NCBI RefSeq assembly: GCF_963676685.1
Contig: NC_092353.1
Span: 20,195,575 to 20,243,306 of the forward strand
Source: Mytilus edulis
Taxonomy: Eukaryota
Direction: 5' to 3'
Length of the DNA stretch: 47,732 nucleotides
Both the position numbers and the translations under genes were made by a program. Below are positions 1 through 9,027 of the stretch, in pieces. Position 1 is the first letter of the stretch. Every line of letters begins with the position of its first letter. The notes below the pieces were generated by a model that worked only from the letters and a program-made list of their open reading frames with translations, was not told the DNA's origin and made no database searches.

Positions 1-564
1 GTCGGAACTGAACCAATATGTGAGGCGGGGTTGACGATGGCGTACACGTTTATCCGGTTGGTCCCATATATGTTCAATAGATGTTAATTCCGGTGATGCG
101 GGAAAGCCAAGTAAGAGGATGATCTAAAACGCGGAAGTAAAATATTGGTATATTCTAATTTATATCTCTGTGTCTGCTTAAGATGGATTAATATTGTACA
201 CGGTTGAATAGCCTATGTAATAGTCTATCAGATAGAATATAAAAAAAAAATATTCAGATAAACGTTTTTACCGAGAAGTTGACTTAAAACCCTTGCTAAG
301 CGTGACTCTGGCAATCACTTTTTGAACCTTAAAACAAAATTTCACGAAAAAGCATACAATCCGGTCAAAATCTGTAAAATGATTCTTAAAGGTAACTCAA
401 TGGCAAACAATATGGTTTAAAAAAATATAAATACATTACGTAAAAAGTCTCAAAACTTGACCGGAAATCTCCCTTGTATATATATAGCCATTGCCAAAAA
501 AATACAATTCACATACAGACAAACAAAACTTGGAGAGCTTTTATATATTTTATATGACAATGAT

Positions 565-1060
565 AATGCGCATGATGGTCGTAGTATGAACGTAGACAGG
601 TCGTAAGAAGAGCTTTATGATGACGGCATAGGCGTGCTACAATCGTATTATGGTCTTAAAGAGCGAGGTATAAACGTGGTATTGTCGTAGTAGAAGCGTG
701 GTCGGGTCGCAGCAAGAACGTGACGGCCGTAGAGAGGTCAAAGTAACGTTGCTTTGAGATCGTAGCGCAGTTTCCTAGATTAGTATCGCGCTGTCGCGAC
801 GATGGTACAGTGACATTTGCGATCTTACCACAACCTTATTGCGCTCTCGCTACGTTTTTACCCTGACCACACTGCGATTGTTTTAACATTTTTTTTAAAG
901 TTTTAAAACCACGCTCATCACGACTATAAAGACCTCACCACGACCGTACTAAAACCTAACTTCGATCTGCACGATAGCACTACGATAGTCACAATTTGCA
1001 CTTTTTTCACAGATCGCAGTACGATCGTGGTCTAGTGTGATTGCAATATTAACAACATAA
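565..1060. repeat. Degenerate large palindromic block: the left half is rich in GTCGTAG-type words and the right half in the complementary CTACGA/CACGAC-type words
   Basis: A GC-richer island in an AT-rich context. For example, gtcgtagtagaagcgtgg (~690) matches the reverse complement of ccacgctcatcacgac (~905). The arms are ~240 bp at roughly 70 percent identity, centred near 800-810. Confidence 0.3.
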
Positions 1061-2164
1061 GTTAGTGTCTCTGTCTTGCGGCTAAATCGTTATACTCCGG
1101 CCACTGGGAAGTCAAAAAAAAGAAATCAAATATTCACTTTAAAGTCCATGTATTTAATGAAACGAATAACTTCTTTAAAGTTCATATGAAGGAAAAAATC
1201 TACTGAACAGTCTCAATCACAAATTATAATGTCCATTGTAGAATCTTTAATTTGGCCTCTTTCTTTGATCGGCGGAATTTGGTAGCATCTTCGTTGATAA
1301 ATATTCAGCGGAAACTTCGATTGGATATAATTTTTCAATCAGGGGATTAGTAAATCCATGTTTTTGTCGTAGATTATCGGTTCTGACTATTTATCGTTTC
1401 CATGTATTAATTTATCACCGACAGCTAATTTTCACATAATTATCGGTGACTCATCATGAATTTGAACTTCATATCCCACTTGAATTGTCTGATTGTTGTG
1501 ACCTAATGTTCTATGATATTCCCGTAATAAAGTTAAATGTTCGTTTGTACATCTTTTTTGAAAGTAACCAATTATTTCATGCTGAATTTTCAAACATTTA
1601 TTTAACTTGCATTATTTAGCGGTTCACAATGTTCTCAAGTTTTACAATAAGTTAGAGGGTACGGTAGACAAATATTCATTCGACCATTCAGAAGATGACA
1701 CGGGGTTAACGGATCTGGGTATATAGAATCTGAAGATATGTAGGTCAACGGTATATTGTTTTAGGTAGCCTCCATTTTAGAAATAACTGTCTTTACAGTT
1801 TCTAAGTATTTGCAAGTTCTCCCTAGCACTTTTTAAAGACTTTCGAGACCAATCATATGTTCCCAAAATCCAACAAACCAGGGCTTTAGAAACAATTCCA
1901 CTTAGTTCCATAAGTACTGATATTCTAGTGAAGAAAAGTTGATTTGGTCAAATTTCCATTAACGATATATGCATATGCGCCATATGCTCTTTGGCGTGCA
2001 TCCATCAAGTCGGAAATCGCAGACTACTTTAACTCTTCTGATAAGAATTGGTACACTTGAAAGTTTTTCTTCCACAGTGTATTCGTCAAATTTTAGCAGC
2101 ACAGACTGTTAGCGGACTTAGTATCCCAAGCCGAAAAAATGATATTATAAGTTATATTGTTCGC

Positions 2165-2264
2165 TACTGACCCCCTACGGATCCATAGAGGGTTAGTAAA
2201 ATTCATAGGGGGTGATTCCCCTGTGGATTTTACTAACCCTCTATGGATCTGTAGGGGTCAGTAG
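2165..2264. repeat. 100-bp near-perfect palindrome (~48-bp arms, 5-nt loop tgatt)
   Basis: ctactgaccccctacggatccatagagggttagtaaaattcataggggg / cccctgtggattttactaaccctctatggatctgtaggggtcagtag are reverse complements with few mismatches. They share the words tttactaacc and cataggggg with the element terminal repeats. Confidence 0.85.
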
Positions 2265-2380
2265 TTAACCGTATAACGAATTTATCGCAGGCTAGACTTT
2301 TTCTGCTGCGTTTTGTTGAAAAAATAAACAACGAAACACAACAACATTAATAGATGACGTCACCATTAACGCGTCATGAA

Positions 2381-2427
2381 CCCCCTATGAAATTTACTAA
2401 CCCCATACGGTCTCATAGGGGGTCACC
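2381..2427 (+). repeat. Terminal direct repeat copy L of the candidate element; it contains an internal dyad (ccccctatga ... tcataggggg)
   Basis: The 39-nt word tatgaaatttactaaccccatacggtctcatagggggtc is identical at 2386-2424 and 8986-9024. Confidence 0.8.
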
Positions 2428-2480
2428 AGGTATGATGGTCTCCACTGTTTGTGTAGTTTAAATAACCAGTACTATTTGTG

Positions 2481-2617
2481 ATATCAGGAGATTCCGGAGG
2501 AATTGAATATCAGGAGATTGAGGAAGAAATTGAATATCAGGAGATTGAGGAAGAAATTGAATATCAGAAGATTGAGAAGAAATTGAATATCAGAAGATTG
2601 TGGAAGACATTGAGTAT
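2481..2617. repeat. 27-bp tandem repeat x5 (atatcaggagattgaggaagaaattga) that overlaps the 3' end of the gene
   Basis: Direct reading of the sequence. On the minus strand it encodes the repeated peptide LLNLLIFNFF at the protein C-terminus. Confidence 0.85.
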
Positions 2618-3224
2618 CAAACGACACTTGTACAGGCAAACTTTGTGAAGATGTAGAAGCTGAAGTATTCTTGCAAAGAGTGCAAGAACAACCAGGACCA
2701 CAAACATTGCCTTTCCGCCTGCATAAACATCTGTTGTTTACACAGCCTGTTTTACAATTGCATCCTTTTGTTAGAAAAAGGACTGTATGTTCAACTCTAG
2801 AATAATTTTCTGGAGTATCCCATATTATTGACAAGCCATAATCTGGTTTCATTTCCCATCCATAGTGCATAGGATAAAGAAGTGTGACAGATGAATGTAG
2901 GGCTTTGTCCCACATGTCGGATACCCAGCAACCACGCATCCAGTGAAATTTTAATGCTTCAGCTGTAGGCATCATCTCATCTTCATTGATGATGCGATCC
3001 CAGATTTTTTCTCTGATCTTGTCGAGGAAATCTAAATGAGTTTGAAAGCTGTCTTTTTCATTAGATTTTAGAAGAATGAAAAGGTTTTTTGGTGAAGAAA
3101 TGTTTTCAGGAAATGCTGTTCTGTGTTTCAAGAAGTATAGTGTACCAATGAGTCTGTAAAAGGCCAAAAGACCATTGGGAGTATTTTCAGAAATTCTGTA
3201 CCTGTTACAAAATGGCAGTGTTTC
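2484..3224 (-). CDS. Segment 8 (C-terminal): tesmin/TSO1-type CXC cysteine-rich domain (CNCKTGCVNNRCLCRRKGNVCGPGCSCTLCKN, nt ~2673-2765), followed by a Ser/Gln-rich tract and the 27-bp repeat peptide
   Basis: The Cys spacing C-x-C-x3-C-x4-C-x-C-x6-C-x3-C-x-C-x2-C matches the CXC/CRC consensus. A strong acceptor tttttgacaactttag sits at 3225-3240 on the minus strand, and the frame is open from 3224. Confidence 0.45.
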   Translation of the reverse strand, partial: ETLPFCNRYRISENTPNGLLAFYRLIGTLYFLKHRTAFPENISSPKNLFILLKSNEKDSFQTHLDFLDKIREKIWDRIINEDEMMPTAEALKFHWMRGCWVSDMWDKALHSSVTLLYPMHYGWEMKPDYGLSIIWDTPENYSRVEHTVLFLTKGCNCKTGCVNNRCLCRRKGNVCGPGCSCTLCKNTSASTSSQSLPVQVSFDTQCLPQSSDIQFLLNLLIFNFFLNLLIFNFFLNLLIFNSSGIS

Positions 3225-3727
3225 CTAAAGTTGTCAAAAATTATTCTTTTAGTAAATCCTCTGAAGAAAGAGAGATAGTCACAGCCAGATAGAATGAAAA
3301 GAGTTTGTAAGCATTTATGAAGGTGTTGAATATTTTGTAACAAGAGATCAGTGGCTATCTCACAGCTTAATGCGTTCATGTCCAGGAATTTTTTTTCGAA
3401 TTTGCTGTCCTTTAGTTGAATGAAAATAGTTTTATTTTTAAGAGAATCTGCAGACATAATCAGTGGTAAACCAACAAAACAAACATCAGTATCAGGACTA
3501 TAAATCAAAATATTCAAACAAGGAGATGCGGAGGCATGCAACCATACTCTGCTGTCACTTTCTTCATGATTGCCATTAGCCTTTGAATATTCAAATATTT
3601 CTCCTTCTAGAACACAGATGGCCTTGTCCTTGTTGTTACCTTCAAAACCCCCTGCTGTTACAAAAACAAAATCATGTGTCTTTGAAAGTTCTAAAAATTT
3701 AACTGAAAGATACTGTATAAGCTTTCT
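3128..3727 (-). CDS. Segment 7 (…SPDTDVCFVGLP…ILSGCDYLSFFRGF…)
   Basis: The open frame extends upstream of the listed Met to 3727. It shares a frame with segment 6. A GTAAGA donor at 3878 and an AG at 3727/3726 could define a 153-nt intron that joins them in phase. Confidence 0.35.
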   Translation of the reverse strand, partial: RKLIQYLSVKFLELSKTHDFVFVTAGGFEGNNKDKAICVLEGEIFEYSKANGNHEESDSRVWLHASASPCLNILIYSPDTDVCFVGLPLIMSADSLKNKTIFIQLKDSKFEKKFLDMNALSCEIATDLLLQNIQHLHKCLQTLFILSGCDYLSFFRGFTKRIIFDNFRKHCHFVTGTEFLKILPMVFWPFTDSLVHYTS

Positions 3728-3874
3728 TTAGTTTTGTCTGTTGAAAAGAAACTTTTGCCAGTCAGAAGGAAGAGGGGTTGAATCAGAAATAGATATTGAG
3801 TGAAATTTCAATATGATGCTGGTGACCTAGATCTCTGCGTGCACGTTCCACATTTTTTGGGCTAGGACCATTTC

Positions 3875-4516
3875 TTACAGGATCATAAAAAAGAACATGT
3901 ATTTCAGAAGCATTGTACCGTGTATAGAAATTGAGCACCCATCTGTCGAATAAGAAACTGGCATATTGAAGAAAAAAACATGATAACCAAGTGGACGAGA
4001 ATTGATGATGAACATTCCCTCCAAAATAATACCAGTTGTATTAGAATTTGTAAAGGAAAGGCTGTCTGTGTATGAAGAAGAGTATAGAGATTTGAAGAGG
4101 TTTACAACACCAGATTTTTCACCTTTAATTGGTAGTTCATCAGCAGTACATATAGCTCGAGGCAGTTTATTTAATTGATGCAATTCTTCCACAGGCTTTT
4201 CTAATGTTTTTGAATAAGCCAATTGCTTTCTTAAACAGTGAATAACAGTTTTATTGTCTTGTAGTTCCTTTTTTTGTTGTTGGTTGTTTTTTGTAATGAT
4301 TGTAGAAAATATTTTTAGATTTCTTCTTTTTCTAGGAACTTTTTTATTTTTAAGAACTACACAATTGATAAAACTTTTAAAATCCTCCTCTCCATATTTT
4401 CTGTAGTTGAGCATGTCTGATGAAATGTTTGGTGCACATATTTCTCCGGTAAATATCTGGTGTAATTTTGTATTGGTTTCATTTGTAAATAAATACGATG
4501 TGTCTAGACTTTTCAT
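3875..4516 (-). CDS. Segment 6: contains the basic NLS-like stretch KNKKVPRKRRNLK
   Basis: It is in the same frame as segment 5 and separated from it only by a single in-frame TAA (4604-4606). This suggests a nonsense mutation rather than an indel. Confidence 0.4.
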   Translation of the reverse strand: MKSLDTSYLFTNETNTKLHQIFTGEICAPNISSDMLNYRKYGEEDFKSFINCVVLKNKKVPRKRRNLKIFSTIITKNNQQQKKELQDNKTVIHCLRKQLAYSKTLEKPVEELHQLNKLPRAICTADELPIKGEKSGVVNLFKSLYSSSYTDSLSFTNSNTTGIILEGMFIINSRPLGYHVFFFNMPVSYSTDGCSISIHGTMLLKYMFFFMIL

Positions 4517-4603
4517 GTATTCCTGGATGTTTTTCTCATCATTTTGTCTGATAGAAATTTCCCCAATGGTTGAATTTTGATGCTTAATTTTAAGCTGTTT
4601 TTT

Positions 4604-4969
4604 TTAATTTTGTAAGACTTTTGCTCTGAAAGGTAATGATAAGCATGTAGAAGCTAATGACTGTTTTGTGGTTGAATTCAGGGCTTGTTTGGCTGGCAAA
4701 TTAATTTGCATTTCATGTGCTTCACAGTTTAAATCAGTGCCAGTGATGGACACTGCAAATGCCCCTAATGAGAAGAAATCTAAAATAGGTTGGGGAAAGG
4801 TCAACAAGTCTGCTAAATGATAAGGTACAAGTTTAAGATATAGAGGTCTGTCAAAAGCATGAAAGAGAGGACATATCATTTTCAAGGACGCCATTCTTAG
4901 GTTCCAGTTCCTCGATCTAATGTAAATATACAGAGCAAAGTAGGAAAGGAAATCAGTGTGTATAAAGTT
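4604..4969 (-). CDS. Segment 5: continuation of segment 4 once the MITE and one TSD copy are removed in silico
   Basis: Reading ...ETFRFWD(N) through the TSD and straight into NFIHTDFLSYFALYIYIRSRNWNLRMASLKM... gives no stop and the same frame as ORF 4604..4894. Confidence 0.45.
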   Translation of the reverse strand, partial: NFIHTDFLSYFALYIYIRSRNWNLRMASLKMICPLFHAFDRPLYLKLVPYHLADLLTFPQPILDFFSLGAFAVSITGTDLNCEAHEMQINLPAKQALNSTTKQSLASTCLSLPFRAKVLQN

Positions 4970-4980
4970 GTCCCAAAATC

Positions 4981-5361
4981 AATCTAATTAAAAACCGATC
5001 TCTCATCGCTCCTGTTTCTGATATGTCGCGTGGGAGATCTAACGAAACCGGCTTTGAGGTCACATGTGAGTGAACTAAAAGTTATGAATTTATAAAGATA
5101 TGCAAATAAGTTGACGACCTATTAATAAGCCAATCAAAAAAGTTTATGAATTATTTTGACTGACGATTTCGTCGTAAATAAAATGAGTTACATCCCTTTG
5201 CCTAACGTTAAACTTCCAAGATCGTGTAAGACTCAATTTCATTGGTCGAAAAAGACACACCTACGAGGTCACTCACATGTGACCTCAAAGCGGGTTTCGT
5301 TAGATCTCCCACGCGACATATCAGAAACAGGAGCGATGAGAGATCGGTTTTTAATTAGATT
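4981..5361. mobile_element. Nested foldback MITE (381 bp). It has ~92-bp TIRs (AATCTAATTAAAAACCGATCTCTC...GGTCACATGTGAGTGA) around a ~190-bp core, and is flanked by the 11-bp TSD GTCCCAAAATC (4970-4980 and 5362-5372)
   Basis: The arms 4981-5075 and 5266-5361 are reverse complements with a single mismatch. The direct repeat abuts both ends perfectly. The insertion sits inside the element gene ORF. Confidence 0.8.
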
Positions 5362-6231
5362 GTCCCAAAATCTGAAAGTTTCATCGTTTTCTCTCTTTTT
5401 GGAACGCCAGAGTTTGAAATCAGAATCTGAATTAAGATGTGATGTAAATGTTTGTAATAAGGAAAAAAAGGAAGCCTCATCTAAGAACTCATTTTCATTG
5501 AAGGAAGCATTGATGTTTGAAAAAAGAGATAGGAAATCATTATGACCTTCTTGGTACATCTTAAGTTGATGTCTAGAAAGAGCCTCCCAAGCCTGCAACA
5601 AGAAATTATGAACCAGAGTAAATCTTGTACATTCTGTCAAACATTTTAATCTGGAACCAGCATGAAGAAGGTTAGCTATATCTTTTAGACCTGCCTCATA
5701 ATATATCTTCATTAATACAGGTTGGACATTTTTCAATAAATGCCAGTCACCAGGATAAATCAAAAGCCACTTTAATGCATCTCCATGCTCAAATTTTATT
5801 TTCATTAGTGTGTCATAGGATTTTCCATCGCCAACTAATACTACATGTTCAACATGTTTTCCCACTTGCATTTTTGAATGTAATAAATTTAAAACTTTTA
5901 ACACTGTATCTTTGTCATCAGACTTCTCATCTAGCACTGCAACAAAATATGTTTTGGACTTTTCAGGAGAAACACTTTCATTTGATAGAGAGAGAAAGTA
6001 TTTAATACCATGTTTAGACAACTTGTCATCTATAGTTAATGCTGTTTTGAATTGGTTCATACAGTTGAAAGTCAGCATGTCATTTTGGAATGATTCCCAA
6101 GACTTTTTTTCATCTTCTGACATTATAAAGTTATCAAAAGTTAAGTCAGAGTAAATATTTTGTTTAAGGATTGATGGTTTTCCTATATGGTCAAATGGTT
6201 CATATAAGTTCTTTAATAGTTCTGAAGACAT
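5362..6231 (-). CDS. Segment 4: central conserved-looking core (…VAVLDEKSDDKD…VVLVGDGKSYDTLMKIK…LIYPGDWHLLKN…); possibly a catalytic or nuclease domain, but unclassified
   Basis: In the track the ORF runs 5269..6231, but its last 31 codons are encoded by the inserted MITE arm. The host part ends at the TSD (5362-5372). Confidence 0.45.
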
Positions 6232-6243
6232 GTTTCTCTTACT

Positions 6244-6573
6244 TTACCTGATATGTGATGTTTCTGAATACTTTTTGTAGTGAGAATTGTCAAGATTTGG
6301 AATTGTGTCTAATATATCATTTTTAACTGGTGAACTGTCACAGCTTGAAGAAATTGAATTTGTATTTTCACCTTGTTGGATACATTTTGTAGAAATTTCT
6401 GTGTTTGAAGTTGAAATGACACTTGATGAAGTGGGAATTACATTAGAAGAAGTGAAAAATTCACTTGATGTAAGAATTTCACTGGATAAAGTGAGAATTT
6501 CCCTGGAAGAAGTGGACATTTCACTGGTGGAAGAACTATTAAGCAATGTTGTAAGTGGGTCAGTGGTTTCCAA
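6244..6573 (-). CDS. Segment 3: Ser/Thr-rich low-complexity linker with internal peptide repeats (TSSxEILT)
   Basis: 109-aa ORF immediately upstream of segment 4. The antisense ORF 6287..6643 is the mirror image of the same repeat. Confidence 0.3.
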   Translation of the reverse strand: METTDPLTTLLNSSSTSEMSTSSREILTLSSEILTSSEFFTSSNVIPTSSSVISTSNTEISTKCIQQGENTNSISSSCDSSPVKNDILDTIPNLDNSHYKKYSETSHIR

Positions 6574-6779
6574 TATAGAATTTTCAGATGATGAATTTGT
6601 AACAGAATGTAGTAGAGTTTCAGGTAGGGGCTCTACACTCTGAACAGATGTGCCATGAAACCCAGAATTTGATTTACCAGCTTTAACTGAAGAATGAACT
6701 TGGTTTTTATCAATGTTGTCATAAGATCCAATAGCAAATGATTTGAAAGGAGTTGATTCTGTAGTATTGTTTTGCTCGA

Positions 6780-7298
6780 CTACATCAGATAAAAAAAACG
6801 TTTATGTGTATCTTTTGAGACACAAATACCAAATCTAGATAAAATTGCAAGGAAGTCTGTAGAAGAGTTTGAGAATTTGTCTGCAGTGTCAGTTATAAGC
6901 ATATGTAGTGGTTGGGTGCATGCATTGTTTTGAGTATGAAATATAGAACTTAAAATAAATAACCTTTGTAGAAGTCTAGACCTGAAAAAAATGTTCTCTT
7001 CTGGATGTGGTATGAAATGAGTTTTTATTTGAAGTAAATCGATAGGCATGTCTTTTTCCTCTGCTGCTGTTGCTGTTATAAAATACATGTATACAAAATT
7101 CCACAGGACAGGGTCAATTTTTTTAATTTCTGTCACAAAGTCAAACTTTGCTATGTCTTGTTGAATATTGGTTTGTTTTAAAGAGGTGTAATCAGAAACA
7201 CTCTGTTTTAAGTCTGACACTATGTTTTCAATATTTAAATTTTTATTGTGATCCAATTTGGATTCACATTCAGTGTTTTGGTTACTTTTTTTTACCAT
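6780..7298 (-). CDS. Segment 2 of the element gene
   Basis: 172-aa ORF that is co-linear with its neighbours. The gap to segment 1 is compatible with a short intron or a frameshift. Confidence 0.3.
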   Translation of the reverse strand: MVKKSNQNTECESKLDHNKNLNIENIVSDLKQSVSDYTSLKQTNIQQDIAKFDFVTEIKKIDPVLWNFVYMYFITATAAEEKDMPIDLLQIKTHFIPHPEENIFFRSRLLQRLFILSSIFHTQNNACTQPLHMLITDTADKFSNSSTDFLAILSRFGICVSKDTHKRFFYLM

Positions 7299-7534
7299 TT
7301 GTCAGAATAGCATTATAAGCACACTTTGTCATATCCATACCTGTTTTATAAACATTCTTCCAGATTTTCTAGTTTTTTCTGAAGTATATTCAGACATTGT
7401 GTTGCCAAAACTCAGTTTTAACATGTTAAATAACCAGCGTGTGTTGTGAATAAAGATATTTTTGTTTTTGATACCTAATTGGTCTAAATGTAACAAATAG
7501 GTGGAATAAAAAGTTGATAGCATTACAGGTTTAT

Positions 7535-8128
7535 CTACTTTAAACTCATTGTGAACATGAAACATTTTTTTTTTAAACACAACATATCAGCATAACTTTC
7601 ATTACTAATGTCATGTTCAAACTGACTTAGATTATGAAGTTCATTGTCTATAGAATTTGTCACATGGCCTCTTTGTGATACTTGATTAAATTTGTTATAA
7701 CAATACATACACATGACTGGTTTTGTGGAGTTTTTAGATGTTTCATCAAATTCATCCAAAGAAGTGAGAATATTGAATTGTGTATCTGAAATATAAACCT
7801 GTCTGCCAGTAATAGTTTTATCACATGCAATGCAAATATCCTGAAACCTGCTGTCTTTTTTTATCCATTTACAATAGTGTTGATGACATAATGAAATGCT
7901 GAAATTACTGTCTGTAGATGTATCTAAATCTATGTTGAAAATTTTATAGAATAAATTAGTTTCAAAGGTTTTGATTTTTGTGTTGTGTATGCTGCTATTC
8001 CTGTAAGTACAAAAGGGCAAAAAACATGGTAAATCATATGAAACTGAACTTGTATTTAACTTGCGTTTAACTTTGGCAGGTGGACCATCTTCTGGAATCA
8101 TTTGTTGTTGTTGAAATTTTCTTTTCAT
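7535..8128 (-). CDS. Segment 1 (N-terminal) of the element gene: basic NLS-like PAKVKRKL, then Cys/His clusters (CHQHYC...CIAC, CMYC)
   Basis: 197-aa ORF in the six-frame track, first in a co-linear minus-strand series. The C-x4-C-x12-C-x2-C spacing is typical of a zinc finger. Confidence 0.4.
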   Translation of the reverse strand: MKRKFQQQQMIPEDGPPAKVKRKLNTSSVSYDLPCFLPFCTYRNSSIHNTKIKTFETNLFYKIFNIDLDTSTDSNFSISLCHQHYCKWIKKDSRFQDICIACDKTITGRQVYISDTQFNILTSLDEFDETSKNSTKPVMCMYCYNKFNQVSQRGHVTNSIDNELHNLSQFEHDISNESYADMLCLKKKCFMFTMSLK

Positions 8129-8982
8129 TTTTAATTCGCATCTTTTGCAAATGCAGTCCTTCTCTGTAATGTTGTACAGATTACATACAAATGAACAGAA
8201 CTCTGGTAAGGTTTTCTTTTTTTTGTTGGAGGTGAATGTATGTAGAGGAAGGTAATTTGTTAATACAACAAGGGCCAGGTGCTTTCTCTGGATGTACAGA
8301 CGGGCAGTGTGACGATATACCTGGCATAATTACAGTATTTACTTCCAATTTAAGCCAAAAAAGGAAAAAAATCAATATTATATATTGAGTGATGTTAATC
8401 ATGTGAATTGCTGAGTGATTTGAGGTCAAATTAGCCTACACAAATCGTATATAATTTGTTTGTAGTCTACACAGATAATGGCCTCTTACGCTAGGTGAAA
8501 CGGAAGATGACGTCACTTCGGTGGCGACACTAATAATAAATCATAACGGTAAAATGATGGGTTGAATTTTCGGAAATTTGAAAGATAAGTTTCGGGACTT
8601 TAATATCAAGTTAAAGTTATTAAGTGAAGCTTGGATACGCAAACGTCAAATTAGCAGAAATTACTCCAGATCAGAAGGTTGAAAATGTCTGTTTTGTTAC
8701 ATGGTTAGTTGGGAGTCAATTTTGATTCTTTTTTCAAAGAAAATTGACAATTGAATTATTAAAGAAGCATTATCATATATTTGACAAGAAATACACATTT
8801 TTTTCAGGTTCAAGACAAAACATAAAGTTAGTAAATATTAGTTTTCCTAAATCTTTATTTTCCCGGAATATTTTTCTGAAAGTAAACTGCAGCGCCCTCA
8901 AATTACGTCCCCCTGCTATTGTTGCTGATAGAGCTTGACGACAACGGCCGTATCGAAGGACTTGCTTTCCAACTGTATGAAA

Positions 8983-9027
8983 TTTACTAACCCCATACGG
9001 TCTCATAGGGGGTCTCCATGTGACGAC
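8983..9027 (+). repeat. Terminal direct repeat copy R of the candidate element
   Basis: Same 39-nt word as at 2386-2424, in the same orientation and 6.6 kb away. Confidence 0.8.

Larger units (their letters stand above)
2165..9027 (-). mobile_element. Candidate large (~6.9 kb) unclassified DNA-transposon-like element that carries one long, partly decayed minus-strand gene
   Basis: Direct repeats with internal dyads at both ends and a related 100-bp palindrome at the left end. The gene fills the interior compactly (coding from ~8128 to 2484, with an ~860-nt 5' leader). The protein has an NLS, zinc-finger-like Cys/His clusters and a C-terminal CXC domain. A nested MITE interrupts it. Confidence 0.35.

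Noticed and set aside
5156-5545. 129-aa plus-strand ORF
   Set aside because: It lies inside the MITE core and TIR and is antisense to the element gene. Its sequence is low-complexity, and it is explained by chance openness in inserted repeat DNA.
8181-8429. 82-aa minus-strand ORF in the element's 5' leader
   Set aside because: It is short and hydrophobic, has no similarity to the other segments, and lies upstream of the NLS-containing N-terminal segment. It is probably non-coding leader.
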